From: Chrysomallon squamiferum
Taxonomy: Eukaryota > Animalia > Mollusca
Assembly: GCA_012295275.1 (NCBI GenBank)
Contig: CM022672.1
Location: forward strand, 13,516,001 to 13,580,000
DNA: 64,000 nt
Reading direction: 5' to 3'
Shown here: positions 50,632 to 64,000 of the stretch, piece by piece
Layout: every line of letters begins with the position of its first letter
Position numbering within the stretch: position 1 is the stretch's first letter
Notes under the pieces: model-generated
What the model was told of the DNA's origin: nothing
Databases searched by the model: none
The model's input: only the letters and a program-made list of their open reading frames with translations
Position numbers and translations under genes: made by a program

Positions 50632-51601
50632 TTAGTGACAGTCAATATTTTGTTTTCCAACTTGTCATTAACAAAACTGGTTTTTTTGTTTGAAAAACCT
50701 CACTTTTGGTTTTCCATTCCAAATAAGAATGTTGATAATAATTTTTGTAATTGTTAATTTTTGGCTAGAATGAAAATAATTTTAATAATCCATCTAATAT
50801 GGACAAAAGAAAAACCACATTAAGTGAGATTCTTATAATTTAAGTTAACTATATAAACAAAAGTTAAATGATATCCTTATAATATAAGTTAATTATATAA
50901 CCAAAAGTTAAATGATATTCTTATAATATAAGTTAATTATATAAACAAAAGTTAAATGATATCCTTATAATATAAGTTAATTGTATAAACAAAAATTAAA
51001 TTATATTCTTATAATATAAGTTAATTATATAAAAAAATTAAATTATATTCTTATAATATAAGTTAATTGTATAAAAAAATTAAATTATATTCTTATAATA
51101 TAAGTTAATTGTATAAACAAAAATTAAATTACATTCTTATAATATAAGTTAATAGTATAACCAAAAATTAAAGGGTAACCTTTAATTAACTGTATAATGA
51201 TATTCTTAAAATATTAGTTAATTATGTAAACAGATAAATACAGCATGTAAACAGACACGTTGTAATGTCATTTTTTATGGTTTGTTTTAGAACATTGACG
51301 AAGACTTGGTAAAATGTTTTTCATATTAATCTTCTCTGTATATAATATCCCAGCTGACTGCGCTTACACTTTGACTTGTTTGTTTACTTATGTCTGATTT
51401 ACTCATAATAATTGTGAAATGTAAAATAAAGTCTCACTTTTAAATTTTGTCAGAAATAATCAAAAGAAAAATGTACAGGTTAAAGAACCAAAATTGGTTC
51501 TAAGAGGACAGAAAAAAATATTTCTTAAATTTGTTGTAAATTTAAATATTCATAGAGAGAGAAGAAGGTTACAACTTATTTATTTCAGGATTGAAATATT
51601 C

Positions 51602-51651
<50 letters not shown>

Positions 51652-52357
51652 GTGTTTGTTTTGTAATCATATATATATACAAAACAAAACAGAGAGATGT
51701 ACATTGATATTTTCTGTATCTGCTCCATGTTGGGTTTGTTCAGTAAGTTAAATAGAGTTAGGAAATTAATAATAAGCATTTAAAACCATTCGACAATAGG
51801 CCACACAAAACTGAGATCTAGTGCAAAGATTTATCCAAAGCACAATACAGAAGATTACATAGGAAGTTTAAATATAAGTTAAAAGTAAGGGAATTTGCAT
51901 TAGTAAACATAAGTTCAACCAATGTATAGGTTCTATAGTTTGTAATTCAGAAAAGAAGTTACAATAAAGATGTCTCTGTTTTTTTTTTTTTCCAAAACAT
52001 TTAATCATGTCTTCCTTTATTTCATATATTAAACATCTGATTTATCTCTTCATATCATAGTTTTCATACCTTTTGTATACATTTTGTAAATATTTTCACA
52101 TTTAATAAAATAGTTAATTTTGAGAAATATCAAATATTCACTTAATCACTGATCATGTTTTACTCCGATTATGTTCCATGCCAAAAACTATACACCAGTA
52201 TATATATTCTTGTATACAGAATTCACCAGCATTATGTCACAATCCTAGCTGAAAAAACCCTGACAAACTGAATATAATATATCCCCCATGCCCTAATGGT
52301 TGCATTACTTTTGAAATTCTAGTCATTATACTATGTAACTGTTCTAACAGTCTGATT

Positions 52358-52388
<31 letters not shown>

Positions 52389-53860
52389 CACTTTAATATC
52401 TGTAATGATTGAAATATTTTTATAACGTATGGTTTCTCAAATCTCTTATCCTGCAGATTCAGATCTTGCATCCTATCCTGGTCCTAGTCCTACAAATACT
52501 ATAGTAACTCCTTTCTAAACCAGCTTCACACTGTCAAATTATGCACCTGGGAAGACATATTGGTGTATATAATTTATATGTCTCTTGTATGTATATTCTC
52601 ATGTTTGTATTTGTGTGTGTATGGAATGATGGGATGCACACTGGTACAGGAGCTTGGAGGGTCATGTAATGTTTGGTGGTTTATTTCAAAGCAGTGTAAA
52701 ATAGATCAAAAACTGGTTCACTATGTAAATAAGATCTTATCGATATTTCATATTTATGATGGTGATTTAGGTTCATTTTAAAATAAGATAAATATAGATT
52801 AATATTTAGTACTAAAATGCACAATAAGATTTGATAGTGAATGTAATACGTATACATGTATAGTTTGAATTAAGTGATAACTATTGATAATAAAATTTAT
52901 TTTTAAACTTGAAATTTGCTTTTGAAAGTTAATTTAAAAGTTGTATAAAAATACACAAACAGCTTTCAAAATTAAATTAAATTAAAAATATATAGCAGTC
53001 AAATATATATAGATATTTATTATCTTACAGTAGAGATATTTAGTTTAATGGATAGTTAAGTGATGATAATTTAATATTTATCCAAGTTGTAATCCAGGTC
53101 TTTAACCTTATTGTTTAATAAATACACTGTGTAGAGAGAATAGACAAAAACACAAAGGGTTTTTAAATTTATGAAACAAAATCATCCATTATGAGAAACA
53201 TATTTTTAGTTGTTTTCACAGTATTACATTTTCACTGGATTTTTTAAAAATAATTATTATTATTAACATAATTTCAGATGAAAAAAAATATTAAATTTCA
53301 AAAAAAAAGCCTGTGTTTAATTTCTAAAAAGGTTTGGTTATCACAAAACTGACAAAATATTTATTTTTAAAAGCGATTTTGTAAAGAATATTCTTAGAAA
53401 TTTCGGTTTATCACTAGATTTACAGAATATATATATATATATTTTTTTTTTTAAGAGATTTTATAAATTTCTGATTGTTACAAAATTATTATTATTTTTT
53501 ATTATTATTTGTTTATCAGGTACGTGATGCGGATACTGAACACAGGAGATACGCTTCAACGAACACATTGCTATTTTGTCGCTCCTTCCAAATTCCTTGG
53601 CAACAAGCAGTCGTCATACGGTTTGAATCTTTCGTTTTCTCTGCGGGTTTCATCAAACCTGACAACAGTTGACAACCGAAGCAATGGTGACGTAATCATG
53701 AAGGGAAAAGACACAAACTTCAAACTTGTCAAAGAGTTGCCTGTCTTACCTTACAACGTGAACGCTACCCCAATCAGTTTTAATGTGAGTTTTATTTCTT
53801 AATATTAAAACATACTTTTAAAATTTTGTAACTTGATAAATTATAGCCCTCTATTTTTCA

Positions 53861-53926
<66 letters not shown>

Positions 53927-56900
53927 ATAGATGGATGGATACTATATATCACAGTGTTTTATCAAAAACAGAACACCAATACATATATGTTTTGTTATGT
54001 CATATTGTTTCATTTGGCCTTATCAATATCTCACTTCACCCTAATATGTCTAGAGGGACAAGTAATTCTTTCCCGATTTTTCTAATCTAGAATGAATCCT
54101 GATAAAAACATACACACATATACCCACCCACACACACACACACACACACTACCACTACTTCTGTAACAAATAAACAGACCCCATGCTATAAAAATAAATA
54201 AATTTTAACAGCTGAAATAATCTTTTATTACTCAGTTTGTGATGAGAGAAGACCAGTGGTTTGTGGACTCAACCAAAGGAAAAAAGGCAACATATGCAGA
54301 CTTCATGAAAACTCTGGCAAATTTAGAATATTTGAAAATCAGAGGAAAATTCAACAATGTAAGTTGGATGTACCAGCATTAAATGCGTGCCCTGAATGTA
54401 CACACAGTCAAATCATGTGTTTATTTTATCAAACAAATCTCCAAGATTATCATTAACATCAAATTATGTGTAATTGGGGGTAGGGGGAGATGATGTAGAT
54501 CAGTATTTTGGTGTGCCCTGTGTTTTTCTTTCTTTACGTTTTGGATGTGATACTCATCCTAATGATTATAACTGAAATCCTGAAGTGATCATGTTTTGTG
54601 TTTTAAATTTTTTGTTCTAATATTTCTAGAGTACATTTATTTTTTCCATTAAAAAACATAAAATTTATCTCTTTATATAGTGGTCTCCAGTCTGATCCTT
54701 CATAACCAAAGAATCAAATGGACTACTGTCTTACTGTTTTTATATATATATATTTATAAAAGTTATTATGTGACATCTTTCATAATAATTTATACTATAT
54801 TTTATTTTCAATCAATATTAAAAAATATTAATTTATTGACTACAAAAAAGACCTGTATGGTCTTATATCCATAATAATATGTTATACTGTATGTTATTTT
54901 TGTTAAAAATTTATCTATTCATTTATTCACTTACTCATTAATTCACTTATTAATTTATTCATTCATTCACTCATTCATTAACACTTTTATTCATTCATTC
55001 ATTCATTCAATCATTTGTTCATTCACTTCTTAACACTCACTTGTTAATGTACTTAATCACCATGTAATTATTATTCAGGAGACAGGCTCCTACACTGACC
55101 TGTATGAGGTCAAACTGGAACATGCCAGTCAGGAGGGGACCACACCCATCAACACGGTGGAGCAGTGTAACTGTCCTGCACAGTTCCAGGTGAGATGTGT
55201 AGTAAATCACATTAGAATTATTGTACATGCGTTATTTTATTCAGTTGTGCCATGCAGCACGAATTATTTCATTTAGAATCAATAAAACTTATAAAACAAT
55301 AAAATAAAAGAGTATTTATGTTAACATTATTGGATATGAATTGTATTTTTTCTTCTTTTTTTTTTTCATTAAATTTTCAAACAGAAAGAACAGAATACAG
55401 CAGTACTGATGTATGATTTATTATTTATAAATTATTTTGTTTATTTAGTCTAATTAAATTGTGAAATACAACAGTGTTTATTGCCAAATTATTACTTGTG
55501 AATTATCTACTTTAACTTTTTTTTAAATTATCACTTATACAGTATTTATATTATCGATAAATTATTTGGCTTAGCCTAATAAAGGTTATGAAATACAACG
55601 TAACACAATACAACACTGTTTATATTAAAACTATTATTTATGAATTATAAATGTAACATAAATAACAATTAATATTAATATATATATATATATATATATG
55701 TATATAAACAGACAAGGTATTATTAATCATTTTTTAAATGTATTAAAAAACCACATATGTGACATGTAATATTTGTTAATATTATAATATATAATATTAA
55801 GATATTGTTTTTAAAAATATATATATATATATTTTAAATTGTATGGCATATATTTCTTGTACAGGGACAACACTGTGAGAAATGTGCTAAGGGTAATAAA
55901 CGGCCGACGCCATCTAGTGGTCAGTTTGACACCTGTGTCCCGTGTGAATGTAACGGTCACGAAGGTGGCCCATGTGACCCCCAGACAGGTGTTTGTCAGT
56001 GTGTACACTACACAACAGGTGACCAGTGTGAGAAATGTCTACCTGGTTACTATGGCAATGCCCTAGCAAAAACTCCAGGTATGTTATTTATACAGTCTCT
56101 TTTTCATTTTCTGTATTATGATTTATTATTTATAAATGACAGACACACAGAACGTTTATGTCTAACTTCGATTGTGCTGTTTTCTATACTGCAGTGAGTA
56201 ATTAATAAGCACCTTGTTGTTGGCTGGGTTCTGATTGGTTATCTATAGAGGTGGCTGCAGTCTGATTGGTTAACTGTAGAGGTGGCTGCAGTCTGATTGG
56301 TTATCTGTAGAGGTGGCTGCAGTCTGATTGGTTAACTGTAGAGGTGGCTGCAGTCTGATTGGTTATCTGTAGAGGTGGCTGCAGTCTGATTGGTTATCTG
56401 TAGAGGTCGCTGCAGTCTGATTGGTTAACTGTAGAGGTGGCTGCCGTCTGATTGGTTATCTGTAGAGGTGGCTGCAGTCTGATTGGTTATCTGTAGAGGT
56501 GGCTGCATTCTGATTGGTTAACTATTGCAACTGTTTTATTATTGTGTTGTTTTTGGTTTACTTGAATTTTATGTTATGTAAATTTTAAATTAAATTTTAA
56601 AAAGAAAGTGAAATTATAATCTAACTAAATCAAGATAATTTGTTGCTGGTTAAATAGCAGCCATTACATTCTTCTTTTTCTTTCTTTCTTTTTTTTTTTT
56701 TTTTTTTTTTACTTCAAAATGTACATTTTTACTGCTCTGCTTTTCAGAATGACTATAGTTTTCTATAAAAAGTTTTATCTCTGTTTAACAGTGTAGTGTT
56801 AAATGCTTTATTATTTTATATTTTAAAGAGTATTTTTATGCGTAGCAGTATAAATAATTTTAAAAATTTTATATTCTTGAAAACTGATATGATTTAGAAA

Positions 56901-57727
56901 TAAATTTTAATGTTTTTCTATTCTATTGGTCCTGAAAATATATTATGGTTAATGTTTTTGCTAAAATTATTAAAACATAGCTTTTAGTATGAAACTATTT
57001 TTAATGATACTTATTTGAGAAATGATATATTCTGTAAAATAACAAACAAACAAATAAAGGATTTTCTTGTGCTGCAAATCCTGCATGTGTACAAGGAAGT
57101 ATGGTTACTTGTGCAGTTAACACTTTAACTGTGTTTAATAGTATTTTCCTAAAAACATATTTCAAGTAGATATTTTTCCTTTCACTAATCACTGAAAACC
57201 ATACATTTTTTCCTCTAAAATCTGGTTTCAAATTATAAAGCAGTAATTGTTTCCTATGGAAATGAGGTTGCTAATGATTTTGTTAAATAAAAATGATAAT
57301 AGCTTTTGAAAACACACATTTTAGATTGATATTATTAAAAATTTTCTAAATAAAGATGTAGATAACAGTATAAAACTCTCATAGCTTTACAGTGTTTTCC
57401 TAAACACACATATTTTAAATAGACAGTTTTGCTCAATAAAAGTTGTGTGTCATTAACATTATAAAACCGTAATAGCTTTTAACAGAAATTTCCTAAAAAC
57501 ATGCATTCTAAACTGAATTACTTTCTTTCACAGATGCCTGCAAGCCATGCATGTGTCCAGGAAATGTTGTTACCAAGGAGGTGAATGCTTTTGCTAAAAC
57601 GTGTGAACAAACTTCTGCTAATGGTTTTGTCTGTCAGAACTGTTCAACAGGCCACACAGGAACCAGATGTGAAGTGTGTCAGAAAAATTATTACGGAGTA
57701 CCAGAGGATCCAAAGGTATAGGTCAAT

Positions 57728-57781
<54 letters not shown>

Positions 57782-59242
57782 GCCATAAAATATACTCAGT
57801 CTGTTAGGAATTTTTCTAAATATCTCTGTTTATTAAATTATAAAATTTCTTCATTTTCATTTTATATAAAAGAGTTAGAATTTCACAAAGATAGGTTTTT
57901 TGTGTGGTTTTTACTTCTTTTTTTTTTTTTTTCAGAATTGTATTTATTTATTTATTTTAAAAACAAAAACAATAAGGAAAATGTGAGCCATGTATTTGTA
58001 AAGGCTGGGCAGATGCTAATTATTTTTCATTTTTTTCATGTCTAATTTACGATTTATTTTTAATATTTAATTTTTTTATTTGTCATTTTCATTTATATTT
58101 ATTTTTTTATATTTTACTTATTTATTTAATTTTTGAATTTATTTATTTAATCTTTGAATTTATTTATTTATTTACTTATTTATTTAATTTTTGAATTTAT
58201 TTAATCAATTAACTTTTAAATTTATTTATTTATTTAACTTTTAAATTTATTTATTTAATTTTTATATATATTTATTTATTTATTTATATATTTATTTAAT
58301 TTTTATATTTATTTATATTTATTTATTTATTTAATTTTTATATTTATTTATATATTTATTTATTTTTATTAATTTTTTTATTTTTTTTTTTATTTATTTA
58401 TTTATTTATTTTTTTATTTATTTTTATTTATTTATTTTTTTATTTATTTAAACTTCATTTATTTATTTACATTTGTTTGTTTATTTGCTGCAAACAGAAC
58501 AACAACGGGAAATGCCAGCCCTGTGTGTGCCATGGCCGAGCTGACACGTGTAACTCGACAACCGGAGAATGCATCAACTGCAAGCTGAACACAGCGGGAC
58601 AGAACTGCCACATTTGTGCTCCATCTTACTTTGGCAATGCAATGACTGACACCTGCAGACGTAAATCTAATTATTAAAGTTTTGACTGACATTTTGTGTG
58701 TGTGTGTGTGTCTGTGTGTGTATGTGTGTGTGTTTGTGTTTGTGTGTGTGTGTGGGTGTGTGATATTAATTATCGTTAGAATAGATTTTCCTTAATAATC
58801 ATCAGTTTAATACTATTTTGTTGTTGCATTTATGATCATTGTTTTAATTTTTACATCTGTCGTTCTGTTATTGTTTTTATTATTATGACTATTATTATTA
58901 TTATTGTTATTATTATTGTTATTATTATTATCATTATTATTATTATTATTATTATTATTAATATTGTCATGATTGTTACTGTTGCTATTATTGTTATTAT
59001 TATTATTATTATTATTATTAATATTATCATTATTGTTACTATTGCTATTATTATCATTATTATTATTATTGATACTGTTGCTATTATTGTTATTATTATT
59101 ATCATTATTGTTACTGTTGCTATTATTGTTATTATTATTATTATTATTATCATCATTATTGTTACTGTTGCTATTATTGTTATTATTATTATCATTATTA
59201 TTATTATCATCATTATCATCATTATTGTTACTGTTGCTATTA

Positions 59243-59273
<31 letters not shown>

Positions 59274-59731
59274 CATTTATTGTTACTGTTGCTATTATTG
59301 TTATTATTATTACTTTTAAAGCTTGTAACTGTAAAGCATCTGTTGGGTCAACCGGAGAATGTGACCACAGCACTGGTCAGTGTCTGTGTCGACCAAACGT
59401 TGTTGGTTACAAATGTGACAGATGTGTTGCCTTCGCCTACAACTACAGCAGCGGTGTGGGATGTACAATGTGTAACTGCAGCGCTGTAGGAGCCATAGGT
59501 CAACAGTGCGATGCAGTGAGTATTGGGAACCGGTTTATGTAGGAATAACTGTCATGTTAGTTTTCTGTCATCTTCAAGAACTAAAATTTAAAATTAGCGA
59601 AGAAATTAAATCTAATGGAGTGACAAGAAAAAATGTATTTAAAAAGTAACAGAAATCATATTTTTCGTTTCTTGTAATCTTCAAATAATATTATAACAAT
59701 AAAAATTTACACTTGTATTTTAGATAGGAAT

Positions 59732-59765
<34 letters not shown>

Positions 59766-61688
59766 TTGTTTTTTTATTTGATGCTATACCTTTATTGTAT
59801 TTTTGAACAATAACAACAACAACAACATAAATAGTAGTAGTAACAGTAGTAGTAGTAATATGATGATGATGATGACGGTGATGATATGCATATGTAAACT
59901 GAGAGAATGTGAGATATAACAAACGGAGACACATACAGAAATACATAATGCATTTTTGTTTCTGTTTCACAACAGAAAACAGGACAGTGTACATGTAGGC
60001 GGTACGTGGTTGGTCGACAGTGTGACTCCTGTGCCAGTCAGTTCTGGCATCTCAACCTCAACACTGGATGTGATGGTTCGTCTTCTTCTTTTTACACATT
60101 AAAAATACATTAAGATATAAAGACACAAATACACATTCTTAAACATTACACAATCACCAGTCTAACACACAAATACACATTCTTATACATTACACAATAA
60201 CCAGTCTAACACACAAATACACATTCTTATTCATTACACAATAACCAATGTAGCACAAATACACATATTCTTATACATTACACAATCACCAATCTAACAC
60301 ACAGATACAAATTCTTATACATTACACAATCATCAATCTAACACACAAATACACATATTTTTATACATTACACAGTCATCAATCTAACACACAAATACAC
60401 ACATTCTTATACATTACACAATCATCAGTCTAACACAAATACACATATTCTTATACATTACACACTCATCAATCTAACACACAAATACACATATTCTTAT
60501 ACATTATACAATCACCAATCTAACACAAATACACATATTCTTATACATTACACACTCATCAATCTAACACAAATACACATATTCTTATACATTACACATT
60601 CATCAATCTAACACACAAATACACATATTCTTATACATTACACACTCATCAATCTAACACAAATACACATATTCATTACACACTCATCAATCTAACACAA
60701 ATACACATATTCTTATACATTACACACTCATCAATCTAACACAAATACACATATTCATTACACACTCATCAATCTAACACACAAATACACATATTCTTAT
60801 ACATTACACACTCATCAATCTAACACACAAATACACATATTCTTATACATTACACACTCATCAATCTAACACACAAATACACATATTCTTATACATTACA
60901 CACTCATCAATCTAACACACAAATACACATATTCTTATACATTACACACTCATCAATCTAACACACAAATACACATATTCTTATACATTACACACTCATC
61001 AATCTAACACAAATACACATATTCTTATACATTACACACTCATCAATCTAACACACAAATACACATATTCTTATACATTACACACTCATCAATCTAACAC
61101 ACAAATACACATATTCTTATACATTACACACTCATCAATCTAACACACAAATACACATATTCTTATACATTACACACTCATCAATCTAACACACAAATAC
61201 ACATATTCTTATACATTACACACTCATCAATCTAACACAAATACACATATTCTTATACATTACACACTCATCAATCTAACACACAAATACACATATTCTT
61301 ATACATTACACACTCATCAATCTAACACAAATACACATATTCTTATACATTACACACTCATCAATCTAACACAAATACACATATTCTTATACATTACACA
61401 ATCACCAATTGAACACACTGATAGAAACACACAAATACACATTCTTATTCATTATACAATCACCGGTCTAACACACAATACGATATAAACACAAAAATGC
61501 AATACAGTCTCCAATTTTACATATATATATATATATAAACACAGACACACATCTACATAGTCGTATAAATATATATCAGTGTGCAGTTTGTGTATTTATA
61601 TCTTAATGTGTATCTGTCTGTGTGTGGGTGTGTTTATTTCTGTTTGTATGCGTATGTATTTGTGCATGCAAATTTGTTTATGAATGTG

Positions 61689-61749
<61 letters not shown>

Positions 61750-63454
61750 TATATTCATATGTGGTGTGATAATACATGTATTTATGTATGTGTGAATACA
61801 TATGTATGTATCTAACCCATTATTTTAAATGACTGTTTATAATTTTTTTTTAAATAATTTTTTATTTCATTCCTGGTAGCATGTAATTGTGATGCAAATG
61901 GGGCAGCTGATACTACACCGTTTGGAATCTGTGACCTCACAACAGGACAGTGTACATGTAGCTCTGAAGCCATCGTAGGTCGCAGGTGTAACCAGTGTTC
62001 AAAGATTTCTAAAAGTAAGAACTGTTCATACAGTATATAATAGTTCTTTTTAATTTCGTATTAATTTAGCTTTCATGAACCGATTTTTAAAAAAAATTAT
62101 TGTATATACTTTTAATTTTTTGTAAGAATAAATATAATTTGTATTTGGAAAATGTTGAAGGTAGTTGTATGTAATTACAATAATATTAATAATAATAATA
62201 AAAACAACACAACAAATAATATTAGTAATAATAATAACAGTAACAATAACTATAATAATAATAATAACAAGAATAACAATAAATAAATAAATAAATAAAT
62301 TACTGTTTTTCATTGCAGAAAGTTACACATTTGTGAAGACTTTTGAAGTTGGTAAGTTCAGAATTAAAATTAATCATCAGACTGTTATCTTTTCCAGAAT
62401 ATTAAATATATAATTTGTATGTGTGTATGTGCCTGTGTTTAAATATACACATTAATTTAAAAGCAAGATTAAACAGAGACAGATAGTGAGAGAGAAAAAG
62501 AGAGAGAGATGAGAAAACAACAACAACAAAAATGAGATAATGTGTGAGAGAGACAGATTTATAGAGGAAAGAGAGAAAACAAAGACTGAAAGAGAGAGAA
62601 TATGAGAGACAGATAGATAGAAAAAGATAGAGAGAGAGACAGAGACACAGAGGGAGAACAAGAAAGACTGAAAGAATGTGAGAGAAAGCAGACACAGAGG
62701 GCTGGTAATGGTGAGAAATGATTAACTGATTTTAAACAATGCACGTTTTTTAATACAAAGTCAATTTTAATCTGCTCAGTTCTTACTCTGGTTTGTGATG
62801 TTGCAGGTAACTTTCCACACTGTGTTTACTGCGGTGAATGTTTTGACAACTGGGCTGGGCAGATTGAAAACATTTACAAAGATCTTGTACAGCTGGATGC
62901 AAAAGCTAAAACAATATGGACTCATTACGGTAAGAACGAAATGATTTTGTCCTGTACAGATATTGTTTTTACTGGGTTTAAGGTAACGGGGAAAACTGTT
63001 GTTTGATTTTTTTGTATTCATGGGTATTATTTTTTTGTTGCTGTTGTTGCATTTTTTTTTTTTTTTTTTTTTTTTTTTTGTTTTATTTTGGTTTTATTTT
63101 TGCTATTGTTGTTTATTTATTTATCATTAATTTTATTCATTAATATTGTTAGAAACAGGAATAAAATAAAGTATTATTATTATACACATTATTTACTTAA
63201 TTGTTTTATTATTTTTATTATTATTATTATTATTATTATTGAATTCATTACAAACATTCATACAAGTATTATCAAATTCCTATAAAAGAATTTTATCAAT
63301 TTATTTGTGCAAAATTTCAGAAAACAGCGATGCTATAGCAGTGAAAAGTGATTTGCAACAGATAAAAACAAACATTGCCAATGCTGAGGCAGCCATTGGT
63401 AAAACAGAGAACATCTCAATGACACTGAATCTGCTTCACCTTGACCTTCAGAAG
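33460..63454 (+). CDS. Laminin-family chain B (LN-LE-LF-LE-L4-LE-coiled coil; beta-type coiled-coil entry); 3' end lies outside the window
   Basis: 30 phase-consistent exons: 33460-34122, 34727-34930, 35557-35677, 35967-36149, 37222-37245, 37630-37656, 38126-38284, 40533-40645, 41834-42049, 42847-42987, 43715-43853, 44524-44612, 45110-45290, 45748-45897, 46123-46251, 47441-47564, 48048-48190, 49723-49948, 53520-53784, 54236-54358, 55079-55189, 55865-56078, 57534-57715, 58498-58660, 59322-59515, 59976-60075, 61880-62014, 62319-62351, 62807-62929, 63321-63454. Motifs: signal peptide [22 protein letters not shown]; LN ([33 protein letters not shown]); LF ([24 protein letters not shown]); L4 ([36 protein letters not shown]); [16 protein letters not shown]. 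Confidence 0.9.
37222..37245 (+). CDS. 24-nt micro-exon of gene B (GYAGVQLT)
   Basis: tttttaattttcag|GTTATGCTGGAGTTCAGCTTACAG|gtagat; phase 1-1, in frame, GC-richer than the flanking intron. Confidence 0.6.
37630..37656 (+). CDS. 27-nt micro-exon of gene B (EYDCDSYCI)
   Basis: atctttctttcag|AATATGACTGTGACAGTTACTGTATTC|gtaagt; phase 1-1, in frame, ends in an LE-like C-I-P/C junction. Confidence 0.7.
38447..38572 (+). repeat. 31-bp tandem repeat x4
   Basis: tgtgtatttctaaatatatattttatatatc repeated. Confidence 0.85.
38764..39097. mobile_element. Non-autonomous Tc1/mariner-pogo (Tigger-like) MITE, ~334 bp
   Basis: Imperfect terminal inverted repeats: left ta|cagtggtgccttgactt and reverse complement of right end cagtggtacctcaactt (14/17 identical). 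A CAGT terminus after TA is typical of pogo/Tigger elements. Confidence 0.65.
46770..47452 (+). repeat. 36/42-bp minisatellite (~18 units) whose unit includes the 3' splice site and first bases of exon 47441
   Basis: Unit ttgaaattaaactataagtaaatgttacag-gt(actggt)tgta/gtatta. 'cag' recurs every 36 or 42 nt from ~46791 to ~47438. Confidence 0.92.
50828..51172 (+). repeat. ~44-bp AT-rich minisatellite (~8 copies)
   Basis: Tandem attcttataatataagttaattatataaacaaaagttaaatgat. Confidence 0.9.
56229..56525 (+). repeat. 31-bp minisatellite (~9.5 copies)
   Basis: Tandem gaggtggctgcagtctgattggtta(t/a)ctgta with no spacers. Confidence 0.95.
58860..59312 (+). repeat. Compound (ATT/GTT/ACT)n trinucleotide array with higher-order unit
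   Basis: Recurring attgttactgttgctattattgttatt blocks; source of the poly-I/L/N ORFs. Confidence 0.9.
60125..61480 (+). repeat. 44/46-bp minisatellite (roughly 29 copies)
   Basis: Tandem cacaaatacacatattcttatacattacacactcatcaatctaaca; homogeneous centre, diverged edges. Confidence 0.95.
62319..62351 (+). CDS. 33-nt micro-exon of gene B ([11 protein letters not shown])
   Basis: tttttcattgcag|AAAGTTACACATTTGTGAAGACTTTTGAAGTTG|gtaagt; phase 1-1, in frame. Confidence 0.7.
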
Positions 63455-63829
63455 GTCAGAATTATATTTTCTAATTAAATCAGTTTTATTACTGTAATTA
63501 CTTGTTTACATCCTAATTAGATTCTTTATTTGTTAGATGCACTTATTCACATTATATTATTTTAGTTATTTTTAAAATATATATATTTAACAAATATATT
63601 AATTATATAATTTTGGTGTAATGTTAATCAGAAGACTTTTTTTTAAAAATATTTAAGATTTTACTAATTTTATATTTATTATTTATTATAATAATGGTAA
63701 ATCATTAATGTAATATATGTTATTCCAATTTCTTATATCAATCACATTATTATTAAATTTGTTGTTAATTACCACTAAAATCTTTTACATAACAACACCA
63801 AAACCTTTACTTTTATAAATCATTAAACA

Positions 63830-63870
<41 letters not shown>

Positions 63871-64000
63871 CTAATAAAAATAACAACTAATAATTTTTTT
63901 TTAATTTAAATTTAAAATGTTTTTCTAAAATAAAATTGATAAAATTGTTTTTCGGGTTATATTTTTGATTTTGTCTATTATTAAATAATAATAATAACAT

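Noticed and set aside
52440-52780. Possible alternative terminal exon in the long intron of gene B (acceptor-like ttatcctgcag at ~52456)
   Set aside because: The compatible frame stops after ~10 codons with no recognisable motif; there is no counterpart of gene A's TM exon.
56229-56525. CRISPR-like appearance of the regular 31-bp repeats (also 46770-47452 and 60125-61480)
   Set aside because: Head-to-tail tandem units with no unique spacers, no cas genes, and a eukaryotic intron context.
58813-59373. Long poly-N/I/L ORFs, and many similar ORFs across the window (e.g. 909-1100, 5160-5525, 8401-8752, 10476-10769, 45145-45723)
   Set aside because: Translations of tri- and dinucleotide microsatellites, not genes.

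Overview
This is AT-rich, microsatellite-dense animal genomic DNA, probably lophotrochozoan/molluscan (inference only). Walking the splice sites by hand gives three intron-rich genes. (1) A laminin-family chain on the minus strand (ATG ~23476, running off the left edge): signal peptide, LN, LE repeats, LF, LE, L4, LE, then a gamma-type coiled-coil entry. (2) PMPCA, the mitochondrial processing peptidase alpha subunit (+, 24518-30920, 12 exons), head-to-head with gene 1. (3) A second laminin-family chain on the plus strand (ATG 33460, running off the right edge), with the same LF+L4 short arm but a beta-type coiled-coil entry. The most striking feature is a 1.44-kb phase-compatible alternative terminal exon (12629-11194, minus) in intron 11 of gene 1. 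It encodes an S/T stalk, a transmembrane helix, a long xxxKP-repeat cytoplasmic tail and a C-terminal class I PDZ-binding motif, so it would convert the secreted laminin short arm into a type I membrane protein. Other notable items: three symmetric micro-exons, a minisatellite built from a splice junction (possible recursive-splicing array), a GC-AG intron, two 1-nt homopolymer frameshifts (likely assembly errors), MITE/SINE remnants and several minisatellites. Most short ORFs in the track are microsatellite artefacts.
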